Assembly (NCBI GenBank): GCA_964016885.1
Contig: OZ024743.1
Location: 319,176,001 to 319,240,000, forward strand
DNA: 64,000 nt
Reading direction: 5' to 3'
Source: Eledone cirrhosa
Taxonomy: Eukaryota
The position numbers and the translations under genes were made by a program. Each line of letters starts with the position of its first letter. The stretch's first letter is position 1. The notes under the pieces are model-generated. The model was not told the DNA's origin. It worked only from the letters and a program-made list of their open reading frames with translations, and did no database searches. Shown piece after piece: positions 11,149-23,700 of this stretch.

Positions 11149-11973
11149 TTGAGTGACCCGAATCTTCCTGGTCGTTCTTTTTCGGCTGCATGGGTGATTT
11201 TAGGCATGATCTCTATGTGTTGGTATTTTAACGATAGTTATAGCTCTGATTTTTCCAAATTATTGAGCCCTCTGCCACATATATCGGATATTGTTTATCG
11301 TGATTTCATGGGCTGATATTCCGATTCTCGATTATTCTACTATATTTAGCTCTAGACCCTAGCTATTGACCAGTTAATTTTATTGATGATTTTTTTGTTG
11401 ATCTTATTGACTGATGAATAGCTCTTGTTTATTTTAACATGTCTGTTGAGCACTCTGATTCGATATGTGATAATTTGTATTCTTACATAATTTACACATC
11501 ACCGAATTCTTTCGCTAATATAAGGGTTCCCTCCCTTGCTGAATACCATGTGCGTTGTTTGGCTTCGGGTCCCCTCTGTATTATGGAACGAAATACTCGT
11601 TGAAGAAGCCTTTCCTCGTTCGTTTCTTCTCTAGAAGTCTTATATATCTTTTATGTGGGCTGATAGTGATTGGATTAAGGAATTGCAGAAACCCAAGAAG
11701 CTAGATTTAACATCGTTCTAGCGGGTCCGGGTGAGTTTTTACATTCATTTAATTTATTAAATTATTGATATTTTATTTGAGTGACCCGAATCTTCCTGGT
11801 CGTTCTTTTTTGGCTGCATGGGTGATGTTAGGCATAATCTCTATGTGTTGGTATTTTAACAATAGTTATAGCTCTGATTTTTCCAAATTATTGAGCCCTC
11901 TGCCACATATATCGGATATTGTTTATCGTGATTTCGTGGGCTGATATTCCGATTCTCGATTATTCTACTATAT
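11144..11973. mobile_element. Non-coding element with ~200-bp terminal direct repeats, period 628, TA-flanked
   Basis: 11144-11345 repeated at 11772-11973 with a handful of substitutions; (TA)n on the left, short TA then (GA)n on the right. Confidence 0.75.
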
Positions 11974-11984
11974 ATATATATACA

Positions 11985-12038
11985 GATAGAGAGAGAGAGA
12001 GGGAGAGAGGGAGAGGGAGAGAGAGAGAGGGAGAGAGA

Positions 12039-12069
<31 letters not shown>

Positions 12070-12074
12070 TGAGA

Positions 12075-12135
<61 letters not shown>

Positions 12136-12173
12136 AAAAGAGAGAGAGAGAGAGAGAGAGAGGAGTGAGAGAG
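11985..12173. repeat. (GA)n microsatellite
   Basis: Direct inspection. Confidence 0.97.
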
Positions 12174-12435
12174 ACGACATTCACAATCGAGTAGAACTTG
12201 GTAATGTTTCTCCTGATTTCACTAAGTTCATACATTTACCAACAGACTTTGACGCCATTATGATTCTTGTTTCTTTGATCCAGTGGAACATCCAGAATGT
12301 GACAGCTGGAAAGGGAGTGGGATGTTCCAGCATTGGGCTGCTATTTTCGGCATCATTTAAACTAAAAACGTAGTGACCCTCAACAAATATTCAATGCTCT
12401 AACGCCCTAAATCGACCTCCTAATATATACACCCC

Positions 12436-12537
12436 CTATATATATATATACATCAACATATACGCACACGCATACACACGCACACATATACACATTACAT
12501 ATATATACATATATACATATATACATATATATGTATG

Positions 12538-12568
<31 letters not shown>

Positions 12569-12587
12569 GCATATATACATATGTATA

Positions 12588-12654
<67 letters not shown>

Positions 12655-12661
12655 ATATATG

Positions 12662-12697
<36 letters not shown>

Positions 12698-12805
12698 TGT
12701 ATGTATATATATATGTGTATGGATATATATATATATATATGCATATATACATATGGATATATATATATATATATGTATATATGTTTGTATGTGTATATGT
12801 ATATA

Positions 12806-12848
<43 letters not shown>

Positions 12849-12913
12849 ATATATATACATATACACATACAAACATATATACATATATATATATATATAT
12901 CCATATGTATATA

Positions 12914-12969
<56 letters not shown>

Positions 12970-13160
12970 CACATATATATATATTATTATATATGTATAT
13001 ATACATATATATATATGTATATATATGTATATATATGTATATATATATAAATATATACATACATATGTATATATATACATACATATATATATACATATAT
13101 ATATACATACATATATATATACATATATATACATACATATATATATATATACATATACAC
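12436..13160. repeat. Long compound (TA)n/(TATG)n/(TACA)n microsatellite
   Basis: Direct inspection. Confidence 0.97.
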
Positions 13161-14314
13161 TCATGCTTTTTCCATATACTATATAATGTTATGCATGTTT
13201 GAGAGAGAGAGAGAGTGGCACAAAGAGATTTAGCGTCGAAGCCCTGTGTTTGTGAGTTTTTAATTTTACACTTGAACGTGCGTAAGAAAAGATTCCACCA
13301 AGATTTGACCTGACTGTAAAAAAACTGAATCCCTATCAAGAATAAGATGAAAAACAAAATAAATGTAACTAAACGAAACGCTGAGATTAAGCAAAGAACA
13401 AAAACGACCACCATGTATATTTTGCTAACACCCGGGCTAGTGGAGCCACCCCCTCCTCCAAAAACAGCAGCCTGTCGTTGTAACTCAGCTAGTTTTTCGT
13501 TCGGTCGGCATACGTATGTATACTAGTGGAAAATTGCAAGAAGCGCCGCCTCAAGGTATGCAGTCACACTAACTAAGCTGATAGAAAATGGAAAACATAT
13601 GGTCATGACGTCAACATTGCTTCATCCAATCTGAAAGATCAGCCAAGCAGCCAGAGGCTTGCTGCTCTGCTTTACAAAATCTTTTTGATATTTTTTCCAC
13701 CACATCTTCAAGTATAAGATACAGGACGACGGGCGCGAAGGTGAGATGGTGAGGGGGGTTGAGGGGGGGGGGGGGGGGGGGGGTCGAGGTAGTGAGGGGG
13801 GGAGGTGCTACAGAACGATGGGCGAGATGTTGAGGCATTGAGGAGGTGAGGTGCTGCAGAATGACGGGCGAAAAGGGGGGAGAGGTTGAGGGTGGTGGTG
13901 GTAGTGGTGATGTGGTGAGGTGGTGAGGGGGGAGGGGCTATATACAAAACGACGAGCCTACATGGTGAATTGGTGAGGAGGTGAGTTGGTGAGGTGGTGA
14001 GGTGGTGATATGATGAGGTCGAGAGTGGTGAAGGTGTGATGGGGGGTGAAGGGCTACAAGTTCTCGACAAGTCTGCCGGAACTTGTAGACATTTACGTTT
14101 TAAAATTACCTATTAATATTTGTTTACAACTATTGCTAGAGTGGCGGGAAATACTGAAAACAAGAGAATTGAGACGAAGGTTGTTGTTTCTTGTATTAAA
14201 AGAAATAGAACAGAGTATAAGTTTATAAGGGAGACAACTGCTGGTCCGAAAACAATTAGGATTATATGAATTTTTATTATCATTTTTGTATGCTTTTACT
14301 GATTTCACTCATTA

Positions 14315-14790
14315 GGTGAAGATGCGTGGCATAGTGGTTAGAGAATTCTTCTTCTTCTTGGTTAGCTTTGCCTTTCATCCTTACGGGGTCGATAAAATAA
14401 TGTCCCAGTAAAAACTGGGGTAGATTCAATCGACTTTCCCCTCCCCCTAAATTGCTGGCCTTGTGCCTAAATCAGAAATCATCATTATTATTATCATTAG
14501 GGCGGTGGATTGGCAGTATCGTTATTCTGAGTTCAAATCCCGCCGAGGTTAACTTTGCCTTTCATCCTTACGGGGTCGATAACATAAAATACCAGTATTC
14601 ATTGGATAATTGCTGGCCTTGTGTCAAAAGTAGAAACAATTATTATTATCATTTATTTCACGAGCCATGTATAAATTTGAAATATAAAAAAAAAGGTGCA
14701 TGAAGGAAAACGTGAGGTTGTGAGTTCGATTCCCAGACCGGGAAATTCGTTATGTCCTTGAAGAAGACACTTTATTTACTGTTGCTCTTT
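14315..14790 (+). mobile_element. Cluster of SINE fragments (two families)
   Basis: Recurrent SINE core at 14360-14480 and 14498-14645; second tRNA-headed family (GGCATAGTGGTTAG…GAGTTCGATTCCC…GTCCTTGA..AAGACACTTTATTT) split around them. Confidence 0.75.
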
Positions 14791-15514
14791 CTGCTAGGAG
14801 TTGCGAACGGTAGATAGCAACACCAAATGGAAAGACCAATGGAAACATTATTTCCGTGGTCCGATTTGACGAGGTCTGGGATCTTGTTAATCGTTCTTTC
14901 TCTTTCTCTCTCATTAGACTGCTGCATACTGGGGCCCCACCAACGGATGAGTAATAAAATAAGGGGAATTTATTATTAAACCTAATAATCCTATTCGATT
15001 ATTCTTTTGCTAGCTTCATTCATATGACTGCGGCCATGCTGGGGCACCGATCCAAAAGAATTTAGTCGATCATATCGACCACACTACTTTATTTTTTTTC
15101 AAGCCTGTAATCTTATCGATGTATTTGTTGCTGTTGTTGTTGTTGTTGATGATGTTGTTGTTGTTTAACTACTAAGCTATTGGTCATAAACAATCAGTAA
15201 ACCGAAACACCAATACACACACGCACATATATACCTATACAGACACATGCATACAAAAATACGTAAATACATAAATGCATATAGATATATTTCTTTATTT
15301 GCCACAAGGGCGCAAAAGATGGGGACAAATACAATTGGGGGGTTTACATATAAGGCGTGTAAAAATGTATAACAAAAATAAGGAATAAAACAAACGAAAT
15401 CCCCAATAGGAGGGAGGCGTTACAAATGAGTTGCGCACACTCCGAAAAAAATGTACAACCTTCATCTCCACGAAGAGCTAGCACTCCTCTCCTCCCTTCC
15501 CCTTCTTCCTCGAC

Positions 15515-18500
15515 CTACAGCATTATATAAAAAGAAGGCCCAACCACTCGGGCCATCCTTGCCACATTCACCCACCTTTCGTAAAATTTGCTGGGGTGCA
15601 GCACCTCTCTCTCCACTCTGATTCTTCTTCTAAAATGATATTTGAAGAAGCGAACCAGTTGTTCGACGGAGAGAAAGGTGTCTGACCTCAGCCCTTTCAG
15701 TCTCCTCCACCATATAGCCTCATACACCATAGCCATTACACAGGAAAACCGTCTCTCCTTCGTTTTTGAAGGAAGGTGGCGGTTTGATCGCAATAATGGA
15801 CTCGGTGGTCAACCGGATTTGTCCCACCCGCGACAGTAGTCGTTCTGCGTAGCTCCACAGGTCGGTAACGCCCGGGCAGTGTACGAATACGTGAGCGACG
15901 GTTTCCTCGTCGCGCACGCATCTCGGACAGATCTTTTTAGAGGGATCCCTGCCCGGGCGCCCGTTTCTGTAGAGCTTGTCTCGAACGGGTAGAGCTCCTC
16001 GGCAGCACTGCCAGGCCAGGGACTTTTCGAAGTTGTCCATCTGTCCCGGGCGGAAGGTCCTACCGAACAGACTGGCCAGTTCGTCTTCCTCTACGCCTAG
16101 AGTTTCTCCGAGAGTGCCGTTGCACTTGCTGCGGACTAGCCCTCTATAGAATGATGAGGTGGAGTCTCCACTGATCGCCGGGTCCGTTTGCCAGAGGACT
16201 GTGAGCGCCTGAGCACATTCAATGTGCCAGTCGACCATTTTCCTCGCTCTTTGCTTGACCCAGGACGGCATCTCGGTCAGCGAGACGAGTCGCGGGAAGG
16301 CTCGCCTCACGAACGGGGCCCACACCGGTTGTTCGGTGAGGAATACGTGGAGGTGCCGCAGCCTGAGTGCGTGTTTGCGCATCGTCAGCCACGGCACCCC
16401 TAGCCCTCCGTTTGAAGGGTGTTGACAGCAGATGGATCTTCTCCGCTTCTTCCAAAGGAATTGGAAGAGCGCGCGCTCCATTTTGGCAAACGTTTTACGT
16501 GGACAAGGCACGACGGTCAAACGGTTGTAGATGACGGACGCTATGAAAGCGTTCGCCACCTCCGCTCGACCTTTCAAGGATAGTTTGCACTCGGCCCATT
16601 TCTGGGCGAGCGCAAACACCTTGGCCGTCACCTCGTTCCAGTTTTTCTCCACCTGGAGGTCTGGTCCGAACCAAACCCCGAGCAGCTTCACCGGTCCCTC
16701 CGTCCATCGTCCGACGACGCCGTCGGAAGGCATGGGTTTGCATCTCCACGATCCGAGTTGCAAACCGACGGACTTGTCCCGGTTCAGCTTGGCTCCTGTG
16801 GGCTCCTGTGAACCTTTCGTATTCCTTCAGTAAGGTGCCAATTTGCGAGGTACTCGACACCATTACTGTCACGTCGTCGGCGTAGGCCGACACCGCTTTT
16901 CGCAGTCCCGGTTCCAACGGGATGCCCTGCAGTAGCTCCAGCTTCCGCAGTAGTGGCCCGAGAGTCAGTAAATACAGAAGGGAGGAGAGAGGCATCCCTG
17001 TCGGATAGATCGCGTGATTTGGAACGGCCCCGAGAGGTAGCCATTCACCTTGACCCTTGAGCAGATGTTGCTGCTGTGCATGGCGGCAATCCAGCCAGTG
17101 AACACGGGTCCGAAGCCTGCCGCCGCGAGTTGGCGATTTGCGTTTGCCGCATTGGCTCAGCGCGTCCCCTATCTCAGCGGCCGAAATCGGCCTTTCGCAG
17201 AACTTCGTCCCTCGACCCCCGTCCGAGAGTCGCGGCAGGTCGTCGAGGTATGGACTGAAATCCATAGTCTCTCCCGGTGCGCCGCCCTGCCAGAACAGCC
17301 GTGCAAAGTGTCGCTGAAAGGCCGCGCACATCTGCTTCGGTTCAAGTAGTACGCCTCGGTCTTGATCCTTCAGAGACCGAATCGTGGACTTGTTGCCACT
17401 TTTCACCTCCGTCACTCGGGCCCAGCCAACAACTTTGGCTCCCTCGTTCCCCAGAGCACGTGTTTTGCTCCTGATAACGCAGCCTTCGTGCTTCGAGTGG
17501 AAGAACTGGTTCAATGCCGTTCACGTCGCTAGCACGCTAGTTACGCTGCCACTCCTAAGCGCCTCTTCTACTTTATCTACTAACTTCTTTTCCGTTTTAT
17601 TTATTTCTATCGCTAGTTCTTTACTAAAGGCTATCGACTTTAATCTAATTGCTCTCTTGAGAGAGCACCACCACCTGTTGTTGACGATGGCCCCCGTCAA
17701 CTGTTGCTTAACTAAAGTGCTAATCCGTCTACTGCAGGCTTTGCGTGTCGGTAACGACAAGTTCAGCTTCCAGTAGCCGGGTCCCTGCCTATGGGTTCTA
17801 TCAATGTTGATTATGCAGGTCACTAGCTTGTGATCCAAAAAGGCAACCATGAACATGCATGGGCAGCTTAACATGACCCTATCCCTATCCCTAATTAGGA
17901 ACCTATCTAAGTACGATCTAGATGTCCCGCTACGGTTCGTCCACGTCCACAGTAGCGTAGTCGGGAAATCTAGTCGGTATCTATCGGCCAGTTGAAATCT
18001 GCCGATTAACTGTTTGAGGCTGTTATACCCCTCTCTATCGGGACATGCTCACACGTAATCCCAACGTGCGTCTAGGATGCCATTCCAGTACCCCACTAAA
18101 AGCAAGGAGCGGGACGTTCCCAGAAAAGTTTCTAGACGTTTGAAGAAATCTGGCCGCGATGTCCCGGTTGGGGCATACACAGCCACCAGTCTGAAAGCTC
18201 CACCTTCACCACTGCTGGCGTCTAGGACCACCAGTTGACCCTCCGGGTCTAGATGAACCATCTGTGTTTCGAGGTCCAGGTGTTTCCGCAGCAAAACGGC
18301 AACCCCCCCTCCCCCCCACTCCCGAATGACAGAGAGATGCGTAGATCTCAAAGTCGTCGAAGATGGGGGCCAGCTGCCGCTCGTTGTGGATCCTGGACTC
18401 GCAAACGACTGCCACATCCATACTGTGCGACCTGAGGTCGTTTAAGAATTTGCCCCTGTTTCCAGGGCATCCCCAGGCCGCGCATATTTACACATCCGAC

Positions 18501-18515
18501 TATTATATTCGTCAT
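15515..18515 (-). pseudogene. ORF2 (APE endonuclease-RT-zinc finger) of LINE copy A, frameshifted
   Basis: ORF pieces 18348-18557, 18049-18417, 17521-17874, 16495-17514, 15720-16763, 15515-15793; about 0.4 kb of RT missing at ~17125 relative to copy B. Confidence 0.88.
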
Positions 18516-18557
18516 ATTGGTGAGGAAGAGTTGGAAAAGAAAAGGAAAATAATTCAC

Positions 18558-19305
18558 TCACCTTTTCGCTTCCTGGAGACCAGGTCGCACAATCTCCATG
18601 GAGGTGTTGGAGGGGTTGTTTGGTAGGGTGGTGGTTTCAGGCGGGGTGTGGACGGAAGTGTTTGGTGAGGAGGGGGTGTCTGGTGGGGTGGGGGTGTCTG
18701 GGGTGAGGGTGGGGAAACATTTGAAAAGGACGCGGTTAATGGGTTTAACGCAAGGATTACCCACGCCCTTAGAAAAGATTTTTTTAAATTGGGTCTGTCT
18801 AAACAATTCGAAAAAGTTTCCCCTTCGGTTTTTACCGAAGGGTCGTTGGAGATGACCGCCATTAAAGTTTTGTTTTCGCTGTTTATGTATGTGTAATGTT
18901 CTTGTGTTGTATTGGCTTTTGTCTGTTGTTCTTGTGTGAGCCTTCCTTTTGTTGTAGGTGTTTGTGTTTGGAGTGATGTGGTGGTTTTGTTTTCGGGAGG
19001 GGTGATTTTTGTTTGTAATGTTTGTGTTGTTTGTGTTGGTGGTTGTATGTTTGTAGTGATGTTTGTTGCTTTTTTGTTCTTGTGGTGTCTTTTTTTCTTT
19101 CCTTTCGAACGGAGAGGCTCTCCCTCATCGTCACTAGGTGATGATGAGGGGGCCTCGTCCGTTGTGACGTCTGTGTTATTTGGAAGGGGTATGTTTTGGG
19201 GAGCTGTTGTGTTTGTGGGTGTTTTTGCACTGGTTTTAGGTGGAGTGAGGTTGGGTGGGACTGTGCTTGCGGTTTGGTTTATTGTTCTTGTTTTGGTTAT
19301 TTTTG

Positions 19306-19363
<58 letters not shown>

Positions 19364-19404
19364 GCTGTTGTTGTTGTTGTTGTTGTTGTTGTTGCTGCTG
19401 CTGC

Positions 19405-19494
<90 letters not shown>

Positions 19495-20508
19495 GGTGGT
19501 GGTTGTGTTGTTGTTTGGGTATTGGCAGTAGTGCCTTTTTTTCTTGCAGTTAGCTGAAGACAGTAAGCCTTCAGGTGACCACTGCTTAAACAGTGGTAAC
19601 ATGAAGGCCGCCTACCCTCAACAGAAATGTTTATGTATGAATTCCCATCCAGAGGCACACGTTGGGGTATTTTAGCTATCCGTTCTGGCCTCATTTAGAC
19701 CAGAACTTTCAGGCTTGTACCATTGAATGTGCCTCTGGAGGACTTTCCCATTGAAATTATGGTGTCTTCATCGAAATCGATGAAGCCAGTCAAAATCCAC
19801 CAGACGTTTACATTTGGTGAAATGTTCGAAACTTTAATTTTCTGGGTCCTTTTTCCCATATATGTGGGGAAAAAGGTGTAAAGGGGGGACACAATTGGCG
19901 ACACAGAATATTTTTGTGCCGTCAATTGGTCTTTCATCAGCACCGAAATCCTTTTTGGATGAAGGCAATATCCTTCATTGAATTCTTCAGAACCAGTTCA
20001 ATTTCGTTTTGGGATAATTGCACTGGTTTTTTAGACGAATTTGAAACTGTTCTAAAAATTATTGTTTTTAGGATAGTTTCTCTACGTAACTGTTGAGGAG
20101 AAGTGATGCTGAAAGCACCACTCTCACCAAAAGTTACATATTGTTTTGCTTCTCTTAACAACTCCCTAGCATTGGAGATGTCAAGGTATGTTAATAGTTC
20201 CGTCTTTTGGACGGTTTGTGCAAAGGAAATCTTCTTTTCCTTGTTTTTGGAGTTGTTCGTGTTGCTGTTGTTGGTGTGGTGTTATTGTTGTTGTTGTTCT
20301 GGTTGGTGTTGTTCAAATTTTCCATGTTATTGGTGTTGGTGTTAGTGTTACAGTCAAAGTTCGACATCGTGTTTACGAGTCTCTCAAACCTGACGACATT
20401 TTCAACGTCTTTTAATGAGGTGGTGAGAGGAGATGACTGCGAGGTTAACACTCTTACCGCCACTCCACCACTTCTAGTACTGGACGCGGCGTCCATGACT
20501 GAATGCAA
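18558..20508 (-). pseudogene. ORF1 (zinc-knuckle protein) of LINE copy A, frameshifted, with (CAA)n expansion
   Basis: Pieces 20191-20508, 19937-20161, 19695-19943, 19236-19694, 18558-18806, homologous to copy B ORF1. Confidence 0.8.
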
Positions 20509-20739
20509 AATTTTGTTTACAATTTTTTCACCGAAAATTTTTCAAACGAAAATTTCACCCCAGGGAGGGGTGAAGATGAGTTGACCCACCGTCTGAAGGT
20601 CCAGACGTGGGGTCAAGCTATAAAACAGTATAAAATTCAACAATAAATTTTTGATTTCTTACGTAGAAAATCAACAAAACTTACCAGCGAACTGGCACAC
20701 GTCTATCGAGAGATATATATACATAGATAGATAGATAAC

Positions 20740-23700
20740 TTTCTATTTATTTTCCACCAGGGCATCAAAGATTGGGACAAATACAAGGGGGGGGGGGAGT
20801 TTAGATACATTTCAAAGGACGTGTAAAAAAATATAACAAATCAAATTCAACAAAAATGTGCAACCCTCCTCCTCAGGAGCACAAAGAGCGGGTGCTCACT
20901 TCCTCTCCTCCTTCTCCTCTCTCACCTATAGGCTGATATAGAGAGAAGGCCTATTCACTCGGGCCATTCTCGCCACTTTCATAAAACTTGCTGGGGTAGA
21001 GCACCTCTCTCTCCATTCTGATCCTTCTTCTAAAATGGTACTTGAAAAAAAGGACCAGTTGTTGGCCGGAGAGACAGGTGTCTGACCGCAGCCCTTTCAA
21101 CCTCGTCCACCATACAACCACTTTCGCCATAGCTATCACACAGAGGAAAACCGCCTCTCCTTCGTTTTTGAAGGGGGGAGGCGGTTTGATCGTGACAATG
21201 TACTCGGTGGTCAACCGGATTGGTCCCACCCGCGACAGTAGTCGTTCCACATAGTCCCACAGGTCAGCAACGCCCGGGCAGTGTACGAATGCGTGCGCGA
21301 CGGTTTCCTCGTCACGCACGCATCTCGGACAGATCTTCTTCGAGGGGTCCTTACCCGGGTGCCCGTGTCTGTAGAGCTTGTCCCGAACGGGTAGAGCTCC
21401 TCGGTAGCACTGCCAAGCCAGAGACTTTTGGAAGTTGTCCATCGGTCCCGGACCAAACGTCCTACCGAACAGACTGGCTAGCTCGTCTTCCTCCATGCCC
21501 AGAGCCTCTCCGAGAGCGTCGTCTCACTTGCTGCGCACCAACCCTCTATAGAATGTTGAGGTTGAGTCTCCACTGATTGCCGGATCCGCTTGCCAGAGGG
21601 CCATGAGCGCCTGGGCACATTCAATGTGCCAGTCGCCCGCTTTTCTCGGTCTTTGCTTGACCCAGGATTGCAGCTCGGTGAGTGAGACGAGTCTCGGAAA
21701 GGCTCGCCTCACAAAAGGGGCCCACACCGGCTGACCGGTGAGGAATACGTGGAGGTGTCTACGCATCGTCAGCCACGGCATCCCCAGCCCTCCGTTCGAA
21801 GGGTGTTGACAGCAGATGAATCTTCTCACCAAAGAGGCCTGCTTCTTCCAAAGGAATCGGAAGAGCGCGCGCTCCATTTTGGCGAGCGTTTTCGCTGGGC
21901 AAGGCACGACGGTCAAGCGGTAGTAGATGATGGACGCTATATAAGTGTTCGCCACCTCCGCACGACCTTTCAAGGATAGTTTGCACTCGGCCCACTTCTG
22001 GGCGAGTGCAAACACCTTTCCCGTTACCTCGTCCCAGTTTTTCTCCACCTGGAGGTCCGGTCCGAACCAGACCCCGAGCAGCTTCACCGGTCCCTCCGTC
22101 CAGCGCCCGACGACGCCGTCGGAGGGCATCGGTTTGCATCTCCACGTTCCGAGTTGCAAACCGACGGACTTGTCCCGGTTCAGCTTGGCTCCTGTAAAGC
22201 TTTCGTATTCCTACAGTTAGGTGCCGATCTGCCCGATTTCTGAGGAGCACTACACCATTACTGTCACGTCATCGGCGTAGGCCGACACCGCTTTCCGCAA
22301 TCCCGGTTCCAAGGGGATTCCCTGCAACAGCTCCACCTTCCGCAGTAGTGGCTCGAGAGCCAGCACATACACAAGGGAGAAGAGAGGGCATCCCTGTCGG
22401 ATGGATCGTGCGATTTGGAACGGCTCCGAGAGGTAGCCGTTCACCTTGACCCACGAGCAGGTGTTGCTGCTGTGCATTGCAGCAATCCAGCCCCTGAAAA
22501 CGGGTCCGAAGCCTGCCGCCGCGTGCACCGCAGTAGGTACCGATGGTCGACCCTATCGAACGCCTTAGATTTATCCAAGTTGATCAGGGCCCCACCAAAG
22601 CCGGGTTCGTTCCTACACTCTCTACGATGTATCGCATGAGGTGGAGGTTGTCGTGTATGGACCTGGACGGGATTGCGCATGTCTGCGCTTCTCCAACCAG
22701 GTTCCCGACGGCAAGCGCTAACCTCTTCGCTAACACCTTGGCCAAAATCTCTGTGTTTAGCAGAGTTATGGGCCTGAAGTTATCTATGTCATCCCCCTTG
22801 TTCTCGTCCTTCTTGACCAGCGTGGTCACAGAACTGGGAATTCTCCTGTTCTGTTGCCAGTTTCAGTAGACCGCCTCGAGGAGAACGGAGAACAAGTCCG
22901 ACATCGCTACTTAAAGTTCGTATGGTAGACCATCGAGACCAGGAGATTTGCGTTTGCCGCATTGGCTCAGCGCTTCCCCTATTTCAGCGGCTGAAATCGG
23001 CCTTTTGTAGGACTTCGCTTCCCCGTCCGAGAGCCGCGGTACACCGTCGAGGTATGGACCGAAATCCATGGCCTCACCCAGCCCGCCGCCCCTCCCGAAC
23101 AGTCGTGCAAAGCGCCGTTGAAAGGCCGCGCACATCCGCTAAGGTTCAAGGATCACGCGTCCATCCTGATCCTTCAAAGACCGAATCGTGGACTTGTTTC
23201 CACTTTTTGCCTCTGTCACTCGGGCCCAGCTAACAGCTTTGGCTCCCTAGTTACTCAGAGCACGTATTTTACTCCTGACAACACAACCCTCGTGCTTCGC
23301 CTCAAAGAACTGGTCTAGGGCCGTTCTTGACGCCAGCACGCCGGCCACGTTTCCCCTCCTAATCGCCTCTTCTACTCTATCTATCAATTCCCTTTCAGTT
23401 CTATTCCTATCTGATGCTAATTCCTGACTAAAACCTATCGATTCTATTCTAATTTCTCTCTTGAGAGAGCCCCACCACCTGCTGTTGACAATTTCCCCCG
23501 TCAACCGCTGCTTAACTAAAGTGCTAATCCACTTACTGTAAGCTTTGTTTGTCGGCAAGGACAAGTTTAGCTTCCAGTAACCGGGTCCTTGTCTTCTATC
23601 AAGGTTGACCACTCCGGTCACCAACTTGTGATCCGAATAGTCAACCATGAACATTCGTGGACAGCTTAATATGTCCCTATCCTTATTTCTAACTAGGAAC

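Larger units (their letters stand above)
15290..20708 (-). mobile_element. Tx1/L1-clade LINE, copy A: both ends present but degenerate, internal RT deletion
   Basis: ORF1 fragments with CCHC knuckle CYHCLSSGHLKAYC; ORF2 fragments: APE (GCVNMRGL, VYAP, DHKLV, GPGYWKLN), RT (AYADDVT), C-terminal CPRC…ETVAH.F.HC; AATAAA near the 3' end. Confidence 0.9.

Noticed and set aside
13380-14090. Possible short Helitron ends (CTAGT, TATAAGAT) and a G-rich tract with G-quadruplex potential
   Set aside because: Termini and hairpins could not be paired convincingly; low-complexity sequence.
18912-19602. Poly-Leu, poly-Val, poly-Cys and poly-Thr ORFs
   Set aside because: Alternative frames and strands of the (CAA)n tract in LINE ORF1.
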